In this document: piece by piece, positions 1 to 10,700 of the stretch
How positions within the stretch are numbered: position 1 is the stretch's first letter
How the letters are laid out: the number at the start of each line of letters is the position of its first letter
Source of the DNA: an uncultured virus (IMG/VR IMGVR_UViG_3300011008_000050)
Lineage: Duplodnaviria; Heunggongvirae; Uroviricota; Caudoviricetes
DNA length: 64,000 nucleotides
Virus record (IMG/VR): IMGVR_UViG_3300011008_000050
Reading direction: 5' to 3' (one strand)
The notes under the pieces: generated by a model
The model's database searches: none
The model's input: only the letters and a program-made list of their open reading frames with translations
What the model was told of the DNA's origin: nothing
Position numbers and translations under genes: made by a program

Positions 1-529
1 AACCCAATGTCATCGTCTTTCGAAAGTAGAAACGTCGGATCTTAAGAGGACAAATCTTCAGTTAAAAGGAAAGTGGAATGAGAAGGGGAGAATACAAAGA
101 TTTGTTATCTTTCAGTAAAAAGAAAAATTTGTTTTTGGGGAAACATCAAGTCATTTCATTCAGCATAGTTTAGGTTTACGTTTACCCATGTATATATACA
201 TGCACCTCTAAACTTAAAGATTAAACCTACAATAATCTGCTTCAGGTTTACTACACCTTATTATATATATAAGCATATTTAAACTTAAACCTAAACTTAT
301 GGCATTAAATTCCATCCATTTTTCTTTTAATCGAAACAATAATTTGGTAACAGAATGTTGTTTCCACCTTAAGATATATTAAAATCATACACGTTCTGCA
401 AGAAAAACGTGCAGAATGAACGTAAAGTCAGAATAAATCATTAACTTTGCAAACAAAGTTTGCAGAATGTGCTTATGGGGATTATATCCCATCTAAAGTA
501 TGTGATGCGTCTATAGTAAAAATGGTCAG

Positions 530-960
530 TCAAGATGTTGACCAGATTGTTGACCAAATAGAAAAGTAACTCTAAAGATTAAGATTGGATTAGATGAAGA
601 CAGAATTAATTACGTAAGTGACAATTTTTGCAGAAGAATACGAGTCAGAAACGTGCAGAACGTGCAGAACGTGTATGATTTGCATTCGGAATGTTGACCA
701 GTCCTTTCGTAAGTCATTGATAATCAGTGTTCATTAGCCGCCGCACAGGGCGCACTGGAAACAGAATGATGAAAATGCGATATATCAATGAGTTGGGGAG
801 TAAAGTCTTGGAAAACAGGGCTTTGCTCCCTCTTATTTTTGGAGAAGTTACGTGTGTTTGGCAACAGAAAGTGAGCAGAATGAACGCAAATGTTTAGCCT
901 GTAGTTTAGCCAAGAGAAAAAGACGGTTTAGACCGGGTTTAGCCAACAGTTTAGCCAAGT
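530..960. repeat. Putative att region with integrase arm-type repeats
   Basis: GTTTAGCC at 892, 904, 937 and 949 (12-bp-spaced pairs; variant at 926), GTTGACCA at 537, 549 and 693, ACGTGCAGA at 651 and 660. All lie immediately upstream of the integrase. The core att site cannot be defined. Confidence 0.5.
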
Positions 961-992
961 TTTTTATCAACTAACATACAAGTATTGATTTT

Positions 993-2522
993 ATGGCAAC
1001 ATTCAAAACATGCGTCCAGTCGAGCAAGAGACGCAAAGATGGTTTCTACCAAGTGTACATCCGGGTTATACAGCATCAGAAAGTTGCTTATATCCCTACG
1101 GATAAGTATGTGAACGAGCAGGGGCTTTCCTCGAAGTCGGAGGTGAAAGACCCGTATGTGGTGGAACACTGCATGAGGAAAATTACTCACTGGATGGACA
1201 GGCTGAACCGTGCGGAGTCTGAACACTGGACTGTGAAGGAGGTGGTTGAGTTCCTGAAAGAGGACGGGGGTGATGTGTCTTTCAGCGAATATGCGCGAAA
1301 GTATGAGGCTCGTATGATTGACAGCGGCATGGAGCGGACGGCAAGGAACTACCGCTATGCGTATGAGCACCTGGAGCGGTATGCGGGTACGAACAGGTTG
1401 AATTTTTCACAACTGACTTCCGCCTTTTTGGCGAACTGGATTAAGACGCTGGAGCATACGCATCGGGCAAAGGAGAAATATCCTATCTGCATCAGGCAGA
1501 TATTCAAGTCGGCGATGCTGGAGATGAATGATGAAGAACGTGGTGTGGTGCGCATCAGGTTCAACCCTTGGCTGAAGATTCAGATACCGAGGCCTGACAA
1601 GGCTGAGAAGCTGGCTATTGCTCCTGAAGACTGCCGCGATTTCTTCAATGCCCCTATTCCAGAGAGCAAGATGAGGTCACCGCTGCCAGAACTTGGCCGG
1701 GACGTGGCAATGATGGTGCTCTGTCTGGGCGGCATCAATGCCGTGGACTTGTTCAACATGAAGAAGGAAGATTATTTCAAGGGCATCATCCACTACAAAC
1801 GAGCAAAGACGAAGAAGTTTAGGGCGGACGAGGCTTATATGGAGATGCGTGTTCATGCGATACTGAGGCCGCTATTTGAGAAGTACGGTGCGAACACGGT
1901 TGATGGGAGCAACGGATATGACAGGGTGACGGGCAAGGAATGGCTGTTTAACTTCCACAAGAGGTTTTCGACGAGTGACAGTTTCAACTCAAATGTAAAC
2001 ATTGGCATCAAGACGATTTGCGAGAGCATGGGGATGGCAAAGGAGGACTGGTATAGTGTCTATACCTTTCGTCACACATGGGGGACGATAGCACAGAACG
2101 ATTGTGGTGCAAGTATCTCGGAGGTTGCCTTCGGCATGAATCACTCTGCGGGGCACAAGGTTACACGAGGCTATTTGAAGTTGGACTTCACCCCTGCATG
2201 GGAATTGAACGAGAAGGTGATTGAATTGGTGTTCTTCACACAGATAAAGGGTGCCAGGACGAGAGAGAGGGAGGATGAGGATGCGAATGTGTTTGAACGG
2301 TTCTCACCGAGATACCTGATGAGAGGTGAGGTATTTTTCCGTGGTGCTCTGCTTGGTCTAATCGAAGATACAGGCTTCAGCAACGTGGAGGAAATTATTG
2401 CTGGGCTGGTAAAGTTTGTTCCTGATGACGTGCCGGAGCGGTGCAACGTGATGTTTCGCATTACTAACTTGGACAAGCAGCAGAAGGTGATTTATGAGCG
2501 GATGAAGGGCAAGGGGTTTTGA
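993..2522 (+). CDS. int: Tyrosine recombinase/phage integrase (Bacteroidales type, SAM-like N-terminal domain)
   Basis: N-terminal arm-binding-like segment, YKRAKT, TFRHTWGTIA (atypical H-x-x-R box) and H...VTRGY catalytic Tyr; 509 aa. Confidence 0.9.
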   Translation: MATFKTCVQSSKRRKDGFYQVYIRVIQHQKVAYIPTDKYVNEQGLSSKSEVKDPYVVEHCMRKITHWMDRLNRAESEHWTVKEVVEFLKEDGGDVSFSEYARKYEARMIDSGMERTARNYRYAYEHLERYAGTNRLNFSQLTSAFLANWIKTLEHTHRAKEKYPICIRQIFKSAMLEMNDEERGVVRIRFNPWLKIQIPRPDKAEKLAIAPEDCRDFFNAPIPESKMRSPLPELGRDVAMMVLCLGGINAVDLFNMKKEDYFKGIIHYKRAKTKKFRADEAYMEMRVHAILRPLFEKYGANTVDGSNGYDRVTGKEWLFNFHKRFSTSDSFNSNVNIGIKTICESMGMAKEDWYSVYTFRHTWGTIAQNDCGASISEVAFGMNHSAGHKVTRGYLKLDFTPAWELNEKVIELVFFTQIKGARTREREDEDANVFERFSPRYLMRGEVFFRGALLGLIEDTGFSNVEEIIAGLVKFVPDDVPERCNVMFRITNLDKQQKVIYERMKGKGF

Positions 2523-2605
2523 CCACCATTTTGACCACCATTCCGCGCAGAACTACGGAATGGTCAAGAAGGTGATTTACGAGCGGATGAAGGGCAAAGG
2601 GTTTT
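2482..2605 (+). repeat. 39-bp direct repeat duplicating the integrase 3' end
   Basis: AGAAGGTGATTTAyGAGCGGATGAAGGGCAArGGGTTTT at 2482-2520 and 2567-2605 (2 mismatches). Confidence 0.9.
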
Positions 2606-2689
2606 TAACCGTTGCCGAAATAAAAAAACAAAAAAATCTCGTGTGCGCGGGGGCGGATGCGCGCATGCGCATCTCCCACACACTTAATA

Positions 2690-2870
2690 TTTTTTCTTTT
2701 CTTTATTTTCTTTTCTTTTACTTTCTTTTTATGGTTTTCATTTTTGTAGCATTTGCTTGGCATTTGCTACAATTTTTTATAGCATTTGCTACAATTTTGC
2801 TACAAAGACATGTAGCAAATGCCACTTTTGCCGTGTTTTTTTATAGCATTTGCTTGGCGTTTGCTTGGTC
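2690..2870. repeat. T-rich tract plus GCATTTGCT iteron-like repeats
   Basis: GCATTTGCT at 2749, 2760, 2782 and 2846, with an inverted copy at 2814, next to a pyrimidine tract. Confidence 0.7.
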
Positions 2871-2896
2871 TAAAGTAGATGTTTTTAGATGGAGGT

Positions 2897-3181
2897 TCAT
2901 TCCTCGTTTTCCTCGGAAAGTTCTTCCAGCGTGTCCTCTATGGTCTTGGGTTTGTTGCTGGTGATGCTCATGTCGATGGACTGAGGCTTGGGCGTGACGA
3001 ATGCGGCGAGTTTGAGCATTGCGTCAACTCGCTCTTTGGGTTCAAGTGCTTTCATGTCTTCACGCAACAGGCCTGTGTCGTAGTAGTCGCTGAGTATGTC
3101 CTGAATGACTGCCTTGGTGAATGAGGTGGTTTTGTTGGGCGTGCCTTTTCGTCTGCCTCCTGTTTTCTTTCCTAATGCCAT
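2897..3181 (-). CDS. Probable terminase small subunit
   Basis: N-terminal MALGKKTGGRRKGTPNK motif typical of small phage DNA-packaging proteins; start trimmed to ATG at 3181. Confidence 0.65.
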   Translation of the reverse strand: MALGKKTGGRRKGTPNKTTSFTKAVIQDILSDYYDTGLLREDMKALEPKERVDAMLKLAAFVTPKPQSIDMSITSNKPKTIEDTLEELSEENEE

Positions 3182-3228
3182 ATCCTTGTGCTGTCCCTGC
3201 TGCAAAACCGCAGGGCACTTTTCATGTG

Positions 3229-3296
3229 GGTTAAAAGATAAAAGTTTGTTGCAAAAATAATGGATTATCTTTGGCGCATTGTTTTATGTTTTAACT
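3229..3296. promoter_or_regulatory. Divergent promoter pair (TAnnTTTG -7 boxes with a phage-specific upstream 17-bp box)
   Basis: + strand: GGTTAAAAGATAAAAGT (3229-3245), N20, TATCTTTG (3266-3273). - strand: AGTTAAAACATAAAACA (3296-3280), N20, TATTTTTG (3259-3252). Confidence 0.7.
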
Positions 3297-3305
3297 CAGA
3301 AGACC

Positions 3306-3866
3306 ATGTTAGGAAGTATTATAGGCGGCGCAGTCGGCGCACTTGGTGGCCTTTTTGGCTCCAGCAGTAAAAACAAGAAATTAGAGGAACAGGAGCGTCT
3401 GCTTAAAGAGCGTAAGGAAAATGCTCTCAAGAAGTATGAAGAACGCCAGGCCAGGAATGAGGACTGGTATAACCGTCGGTACAATGAAGATGCGACGCAG
3501 AGGGCTGATGCCCAGCGCTTGCTGACACTGACCGAGGATAGTATCAAGAAACGCAACAAGGCCGCTGCAGGGAAGGCTGCTGTCATAGGTGGTACGGACG
3601 AAAGTGTGGCTGCTGAAAAGGAGCGTAACAATCAGGCCATGGCTGATGCTGTCAGCCAGATTTCAGCTGCTGCCGACCAACGGAAAGATGCCATTGAGCA
3701 GCAGTATCTACAGAAGAAGGATGCGTATGAGCAGCAGTATGAGCTTAAGGAAGACAGTTATGATGACGCTCTTGCAAATTTGGCTGGTCAGAAGAAGAAC
3801 GAGTTTGATATTGCGAGCAGTATAATTGGAGGTGCTGCTTCCGGGTTGGGGATGGGTCTTGGTTAA
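3306..3866 (+). CDS. Putative DNA ejection/pilot (internal virion) protein
   Basis: Gly-rich hydrophobic N- and C-termini (MLGSIIGGAVGALGGLFG) around a coiled coil; first gene of the operon preceding the giant protein and portal. Confidence 0.55.
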   Translation: MLGSIIGGAVGALGGLFGSSSKNKKLEEQERLLKERKENALKKYEERQARNEDWYNRRYNEDATQRADAQRLLTLTEDSIKKRNKAAAGKAAVIGGTDESVAAEKERNNQAMADAVSQISAAADQRKDAIEQQYLQKKDAYEQQYELKEDSYDDALANLAGQKKNEFDIASSIIGGAASGLGMGLG

Positions 3867-3914
3867 GTTGGCCATGTCATGGTTACTACATACAGAAGAA
3901 CGATATAGGTTATT

Positions 3915-4793
3915 ATGAGTACAATTGATACGATAAACAAGGCTCTCGCTGGTGATGATGGCGTGATGTCTGAGAAACCTGTGATACAGCAGGAAGAAGT
4001 GTCTGTTACGCCTGCTGGCTCGCCAGATGGTAAGATTGAGCAGAATGGGCAAGATGGTGCATCCCATACGATGAGTTATGTGGAGATGATGCAGCAGCTT
4101 TCGCCATACAAACCTCCAACAGATGAGGAACTGGAGAGGGTGCGGAAGAAACAGAAGCGTGACGCTGTGTTTGCAGCCATCGGTGACGGGCTCTCCGCTT
4201 TCCACAATGCCTACAGCCATGCAAGGGGTGTGCAGCCGATGGCCAACCTTGGCGGTTACTCTCAGAAGGTGAGAGACCGTTACGAGCGTATGAAGAAGGA
4301 GCGTGACGAACAGGCTATGCAGTATGCGAATGCTTATATTAAAGCAGAACAGGCAGACCGTGAATCGTCACGAAATTCTGTACTGGATGCTTTGAAGGCT
4401 AAAAATCAGGATCGCTTAGAGGAGGAGACACGTATCAGGAGGGAAAAGGCTGATGCGTATATGGCGGCTCAGGCTGCGCGTGAGGAAAAGGACGAGGCTC
4501 AAGCGGCTTATTGGCAGACAAAGGCATACGCATTGGAGCAGGGTATTCCTTTGGATGAAGCTGTAAAGAGGGCTGAGGCTGCAAAGAAGAGGGCTGAGGC
4601 TCGGTTGAAAAATGTTCAGGCTGATGGTGGTGGATATGCTCCCCGCTCGGGTGTGGGTGGTTATACCACGACGGAAGAGAAGACTACGACTGACCGTCAT
4701 GGGCGGACTTCGACGAGCACCACGACGAAGACGCGAGTTCCGAATGGAGAATCTGGACAAATGAAGAAAACAATGAAGAAGATAAACTGGTAG
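3915..4793 (+). CDS. Hypothetical coiled-coil protein, probable internal virion/ejection protein
   Basis: 292-aa ORF, Ala/Glu/Lys-rich helical composition, operon context. Confidence 0.55.
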   Translation: MSTIDTINKALAGDDGVMSEKPVIQQEEVSVTPAGSPDGKIEQNGQDGASHTMSYVEMMQQLSPYKPPTDEELERVRKKQKRDAVFAAIGDGLSAFHNAYSHARGVQPMANLGGYSQKVRDRYERMKKERDEQAMQYANAYIKAEQADRESSRNSVLDALKAKNQDRLEEETRIRREKADAYMAAQAAREEKDEAQAAYWQTKAYALEQGIPLDEAVKRAEAAKKRAEARLKNVQADGGGYAPRSGVGGYTTTEEKTTTDRHGRTSTSTTTKTRVPNGESGQMKKTMKKINW

Positions 4794-4798
4794 AGATT

Positions 4799-7700
4799 AT
4801 GGCGAATGATACGAGGCTGCGCCTGTACAAGGCTCTGAATGATGCTGGTTATGACATTGGCGAGTATGATGAGTTTGACCGCAGGATGAATAATTCCGAT
4901 GACCGAGGCAAATTTTACAAGGCAGTAAGTGATGCGGGTTTTGATATAGGACCGATTGATGAGTTTGATGAGCGCATCAGGGATAGTAAGTATAAGTTGC
5001 TGATTCATGGTGTAGAGACTCCTGTCAGTGAAAAGGAGTGGCGTGAGGCTAAACGGAAAGCAGAGCGCAGGAACACTGGTGGTAATGGGTCTGACAGGAA
5101 ATCCGGGATTCAGGAAGAGGCTGAGCGGTTGCCTGTTGCTCCAACAATGGAGCAGAAGGATATGGAGGCAGCTGTTGGGCTGCGGAAACCTGGTTCCTAT
5201 CCTATTGGAAAGGATGGGCAACTGGATATACATCCTGTTTTGACGCAAAGGAGTGAAAGAATACATCAGCGCGGTATGGAGAATGCGCATGGTGACCTTG
5301 ATACGGAGCGTGAAGTGGAGTTGTCGGAAGCCTACGCAGAGCGCAAGCGACTGGAGAAAGAACTGGAGCCATACACCATGAGACAGGCCAGTCGAATCAT
5401 ACATTCGTCAACCATCCCTGGTGGTTATGCTGGAGGCCATAGTTCAGAAGAACGTGCCGACATGAAGAGACATGATGCCCTTCTTGCAGCCAAACGTCAG
5501 CTTGATGAGCGTATTGCTACACTGGAGGAAAGCCGAGACAAGAACACCAGTGGCTTTTGGCGCAACCTTTGGCGCACCGTCACTAATCCTTCCACCTGGT
5601 CATTCGGACTTATTCCCCTGAATGATGCGCTTGCCAGCAATGATGTGGCAGACAAGTTGGAGAATGGCACAGAACTGAACGAGCAGGAAGAGACCATGCT
5701 TCGGCAGATGGTGATGAATGAAGAGGCCAAGCAGAAGTATGGTGATGATAAGGGCTTCATGGCTCGTGCCGGTACCATTACAGGCGAGGCACTTCCCTTT
5801 GTGGCAGAGTTCCTTCTTACAGGCGGTTATGGTGGCGTTACCAAAGGTGTAGGTGAAGCTACAGCCAAAGGACTTGCAAAGATGACCGCCACAGATTTGT
5901 CGAAGAAAGGCCTTCGGTCATGGTTGGTGAAAAGTACAGGCACGGTGGCTGGTGATGTTGCTGGTGCCACGTTGATGGCGAATACCACAGGAGTGGCGAA
6001 AACGGCATCTGACGTGATGGAGCGGCAGAGAGGCAGCATCATACAGGACGAGAACGGAGATTACCACTTTGGCCACTATGAACAGGACGAAGACGGTAAT
6101 TCTGTCTTTGTTGATGGCGGTAAGACATGGGCGCAGTCCATCTATGAGGCTGAGGCTGCAAACACCCTTGAATATTACACGGAAATGCTTGGCAACCACA
6201 TGGAAAAGCCTTTGGGTGCCGTTGGCTCATGGATAGCCGAAAAGACCGGGCTTGGTAAGGCTGGTGCCTACCTCGTTAAGAAGCTTGGCCTTGGTGAAGT
6301 GAGCAAGGATTTGTCGCAGATTACCGCCAACGGCTACGGCAGAGCCATGAAGCATGTGCTGGAGCGCGGAGGCATTCAGGATTATCCCAGTGAGGTGCTT
6401 GAGGAAGAGGCAAACATCATCCTCAACTCCATGTTTGTAGGTGACAACAGCCTGAGTGATTTAGTGGATGGTCGTACACAGGCCGACATTTGGGGTGGCA
6501 TGTTGTTCTCCGTCGGTTTCATGAATTCCCCGGCTGTTGGTTGGCGTGGCATCCAGTCGGCTGGCTATCTGAAAACGAAACATGACATGGAGAAAGCAGA
6601 CAAGTTGGCATCCTATCGCATGACTGAAGACCGCTGGAAGCCATTGCGTGAGCGTATTGACGGAACCAGCAACGAGGATATGACCGACTTGGAGATGGAA
6701 ATCAAGCATGATGACACCATGCATGAGAATGAGAAGAAAGCCGCGTTGGATTATATCGGTCGCCTGTTGAAGTTCCGTGGTTGGAATATAGGTGCAACTG
6801 CCAAGGCGAAGGATGAGGTTGAGAACCCTGCAGCAGAACCGCAGGGCGCAGTGAGCCGTGATTTGAACGCTTCCTATATTGGTGGCTATGAGGCTGACGA
6901 TGAGCAATTGAATGACATCAGGAATGGTTATGAGTTCCAGCGTCAGCGCATCGAAGAGCTTGCCGCTGATGATATGCTTAACCAGTTGGATGCAGACCCT
7001 ATTGGCGCACTGAATTTTATTCGGAGTGGTGAGGCTTGGACGGAAGAAGAGAAGCAGACCGCCATTGATTATGTTAATGCCAAAGCCGCATACGATGGCA
7101 TGATACACCGTGTTCAGGATGATATTGACGGACGAATCGCCATGAGTGATGCGATGATTGAGAGCCGGAAGCATCATGACGATGGCATGATACATCCGGC
7201 CACCATGAAGACCGATGACAGGAAGGTTTATGTGATTGGTGGCAAGTTGGTGATGAATGAGGATGGCACGATGATAGACCACGACCAGAGTGACGAGAGT
7301 GTTATCATCCGTGATGCCGCGACTGGTGCCATTGAGTTTGCAGACCCTCACGATGTTCTTTCTACAGATGAAGCCCTTGATGCAGCTCAGGAGAAAGAAG
7401 CAGCCCAAGAAGCCATCCGTCAGCAGTATGCCCAGGAAGCCGCCAACAAGATTGACGGTGTTCTTCCTTTCAACAATGGCGATACTTATCAGGTCGTGGA
7501 CGATCAGGGACAGCAGCACACGGTGACGGTCATTCCCACTGGCACGGTCAACTCACAGGGTCAGGTGTTACAGACTGGCGACGGTGAGGTTGTCGTGTCG
7601 ATGGATGGCGGAGAGCCTGTAGCCATGAGCCGCGAGGCCATCCAGAACATGGCTGAGAATGTCAACCTTGCGAGGTTGCAGCAGTATGTACAAGAGAAGG

Positions 7701-10700
7701 CCGTCCAGCGAGAGGAACAGGCAGCAGCGGAGCGTGAAGCAAACAGGCCTGTTTACAACCTCAATGATGAAGTGACCTTGCAGACTGAGGAAGGCATGGT
7801 AAGAGGTTCCATTGCAGCCGAGGCAAACGAAGACGGTCTTATTGAAGTTTATACCGAGCGTCCTATTGGCGGTAAGCAAATCAACCTTTATAACCGTGAC
7901 CAGTTAGACGGAATGGTCGTGGAGCATAACGGAGCAGTGGCAGAGCCACAGCCTGTACAAAACGAGGGTGGCGATGCTGGCGGTGAGGCAGGTCTTGAAC
8001 AGACCGGAGCAAACGAGCCGTCAGCGGCCACTCCATCTACACCCGTCGCCGAGGCAACGGTCACCGTGGATGAGCCTATGCCGATGATTGGCGAAGGTGA
8101 GGATGCCGAACCCGACTTCTCACAGGCCACTCCACAGAGGGCGCACACTTACATCTACAATGAGGCAGGTTTGAGCCGTGACGAGGCCAACCAATTTGTT
8201 GAGGCCAACAGAAAGGCCGCAGACAAGGCGTTGGAGAAAGCGCAGAACGGCAAGCCCAAGATGGGAACGAGCCTTGCCAAGTACAGGAAGGAAACGGCAG
8301 AGTGGCAGCAGAAGGTTGAAGCCGCCCAGCAAGTTTCTGACTACTGGAAGCAAGTCAAGGATGAGCAGGGAAGGGTATTGGCTTCTGAGGCGCAGGAGAG
8401 AGCTGTGCGTGATGCTGCAGCCCATGAGCAAGCCGTTACCCAGGAACAGGCACGTCAGGCCGAGGAATTGCGCAAGCGTGAAGAACAGTCTGCCCTTGGC
8501 ACTCACACTGCCAGTCCAGCCATCCGTGAGAAATGGGAGTCAGCCCATAAGGTTGAAGGTGCAAGGAATGAGATAGTGCTTGCCAATGGTGAGCGAGTAC
8601 CAGGCAGATACGTTCTTGTAGAGAGTGGTGCAGCCACCCCGAGCCACAATCCTCGTCAGGAGTTTGTGAAGAATGAAGGTTTCCCGATGGATGAGAACGG
8701 TCAGAGCGTGAATGACCGTGACTATGAGCGTGACAAGGATGCACAGGCCACTACCCGACAGATTGCTTCTGTATATGACCAGCGAGCCTTGCAGACTCCC
8801 GTCGTTGTCACCAATGACGGTATTGTCCTTTCTGGTAATGGCAGGACGATGGCCGGGGAGCTTGCTGCACAGGACGGAACTGATGGTGCATACATTGAGC
8901 ACCTGAAAAAGTATGGTCGGCAGTTTGGCTTCACTCCTGAACAGATGGAAGGTATGGCGCATCCTCGTGTCGTGTTTGTTCCTGATGAGGCTATGCCCTA
9001 CACAGCAGACACGTTTGCGAAGTTCAACCAGCAGGAGATGAAAGGCCAGTCGAAGACTGAACAGGCCGTTAAGCTTGGTAAGGTTGTCGGCAATGAGACT
9101 TTTGGCCGCATCATCAAGAGCATCAATGCCTATGACACTCTTGGGGAATACTATGCAGACCCTTCAGCCACGACACAGGCCGTCAACGAACTGCGTGATG
9201 CTGGTGCCATCAGTCAGGCGCAGTATGCTGAAATGTTCGATGGCGAGACCATTAGCGCACAAGGCCGCGAGGTTCTTGAAAACATGCTCATTGGCAAAGC
9301 CTTTGAGAGCAACCCTGATGCAGTCCGTCAGATAACGTCTTTCAAGGGTGTTCGTCAGAGCGTCATTACTGCCTTGGCAGAAATCAGCAATAACCTGATG
9401 TTGGGTGAAGACTACAGTCACGAAAGCGAACTGGCCCAGGCTATCAACCTTGTCTATCAAGCCCGTCAGAGTGGCTATAAGCAGGGTGACAAGGTTAGCG
9501 GTTTTGCCCGTCAGCAGAATTTGTTTGCTTTTGACGAGGGTGCCACGGTTGCTGACTTCGACAATGCGACGGTTCTCATGTATGCCGACCTTCTGAACGA
9601 GGGTAGGCCTACTTTGTTGAAGAAAGCCCTTGCTCTCTACAATCAAGCTGCCAAGGACAGTGCCAACGGTCAGTTGGACATCTTTAGCGGTGGTGTGAAG
9701 ACCCAGGAGGAAATACTTTACGACGTAAAACAATTATTGAGAAATGGAACAGAAGAAGAACAACAAGCAGCCCTTGCAGCAGCCACAGCCGAGCGTAAGG
9801 CCGCAGCAGTCTCAGGCATTTCAGAGAATGGCGTTGCTGGCGGAGTCAATCAAGGAGGCGAGGTCACAGGAGGAATTGAACGAACAGATGAAAGGGAAGG
9901 TGATTTGGCGCAGGCCAAAGTAACCGCCCCATTGAGTAATGAAGTCAATGAGTTTGACAAACCGTTTGTCTTATCGTCAGATGGTACACCCACTTTTGGT
10001 GAAGTGACAGAAGACAGTGGTTTGACAGCCGCTCCTATCAAGTTAAGTCTTGGTGAAAACATAGTAGATGAGAACGGATCCAATCATGGTTATGGACTGC
10101 TTCACATCGAAGCTGGACATGGTAATCAGATTCGTGCAGCTGGTTTTGCCTCTGTTGAAGATTTTGTGGAGGCTGTTGCCCGCAACTATGATACAATTCG
10201 AGAAGGAAGTGTTGTTGCTGACAATCAAACGTATCTGTTAGAGGTTTCCGATGAGCATAACAACACCCTGTTTGTTCAGTTGTCGAAAGATGGTGGCTAT
10301 TGGAATGTAAACAGCGCGGGCATTTTCAAGAAGAAATACTCGCGCCGTAAACCTGAAGTCTTTACTCGACCCGCATTAGAGCCTGAAACTAACACCGATT
10401 TCAGTGGAGTTGATAGCGGCCTTTCAAATGGTGTAACCGCGCCAGCAGGAAACTCTCCTCAAACTTCTGCTGGCAAAGGTAGCAACAATAATCCTAACTT
10501 GCAAGAAAAAGCGGAGATTTTTGCTGATGGTCAGGGAAATATGGAGATTGATGGGGGGACTGTGTCACAGCAGCACATTGGGCAGGAGGTAGAAAATGAG
10601 GAAGCCACTGTTGGAGAACCGCAGGTTGAGACCGATGCTGTTGCTATTGCCGAGCGTGAGGTGAACACCAATCCCACCCCTGCACAGAAGGATGCCGGCA

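Noticed and set aside
2560..2964. 134-aa ORF beginning with a copy of the integrase C-terminus
   Set aside because: It arises from the 39-bp duplication followed by T-rich non-coding repeats; Phe-rich and not protein-like.
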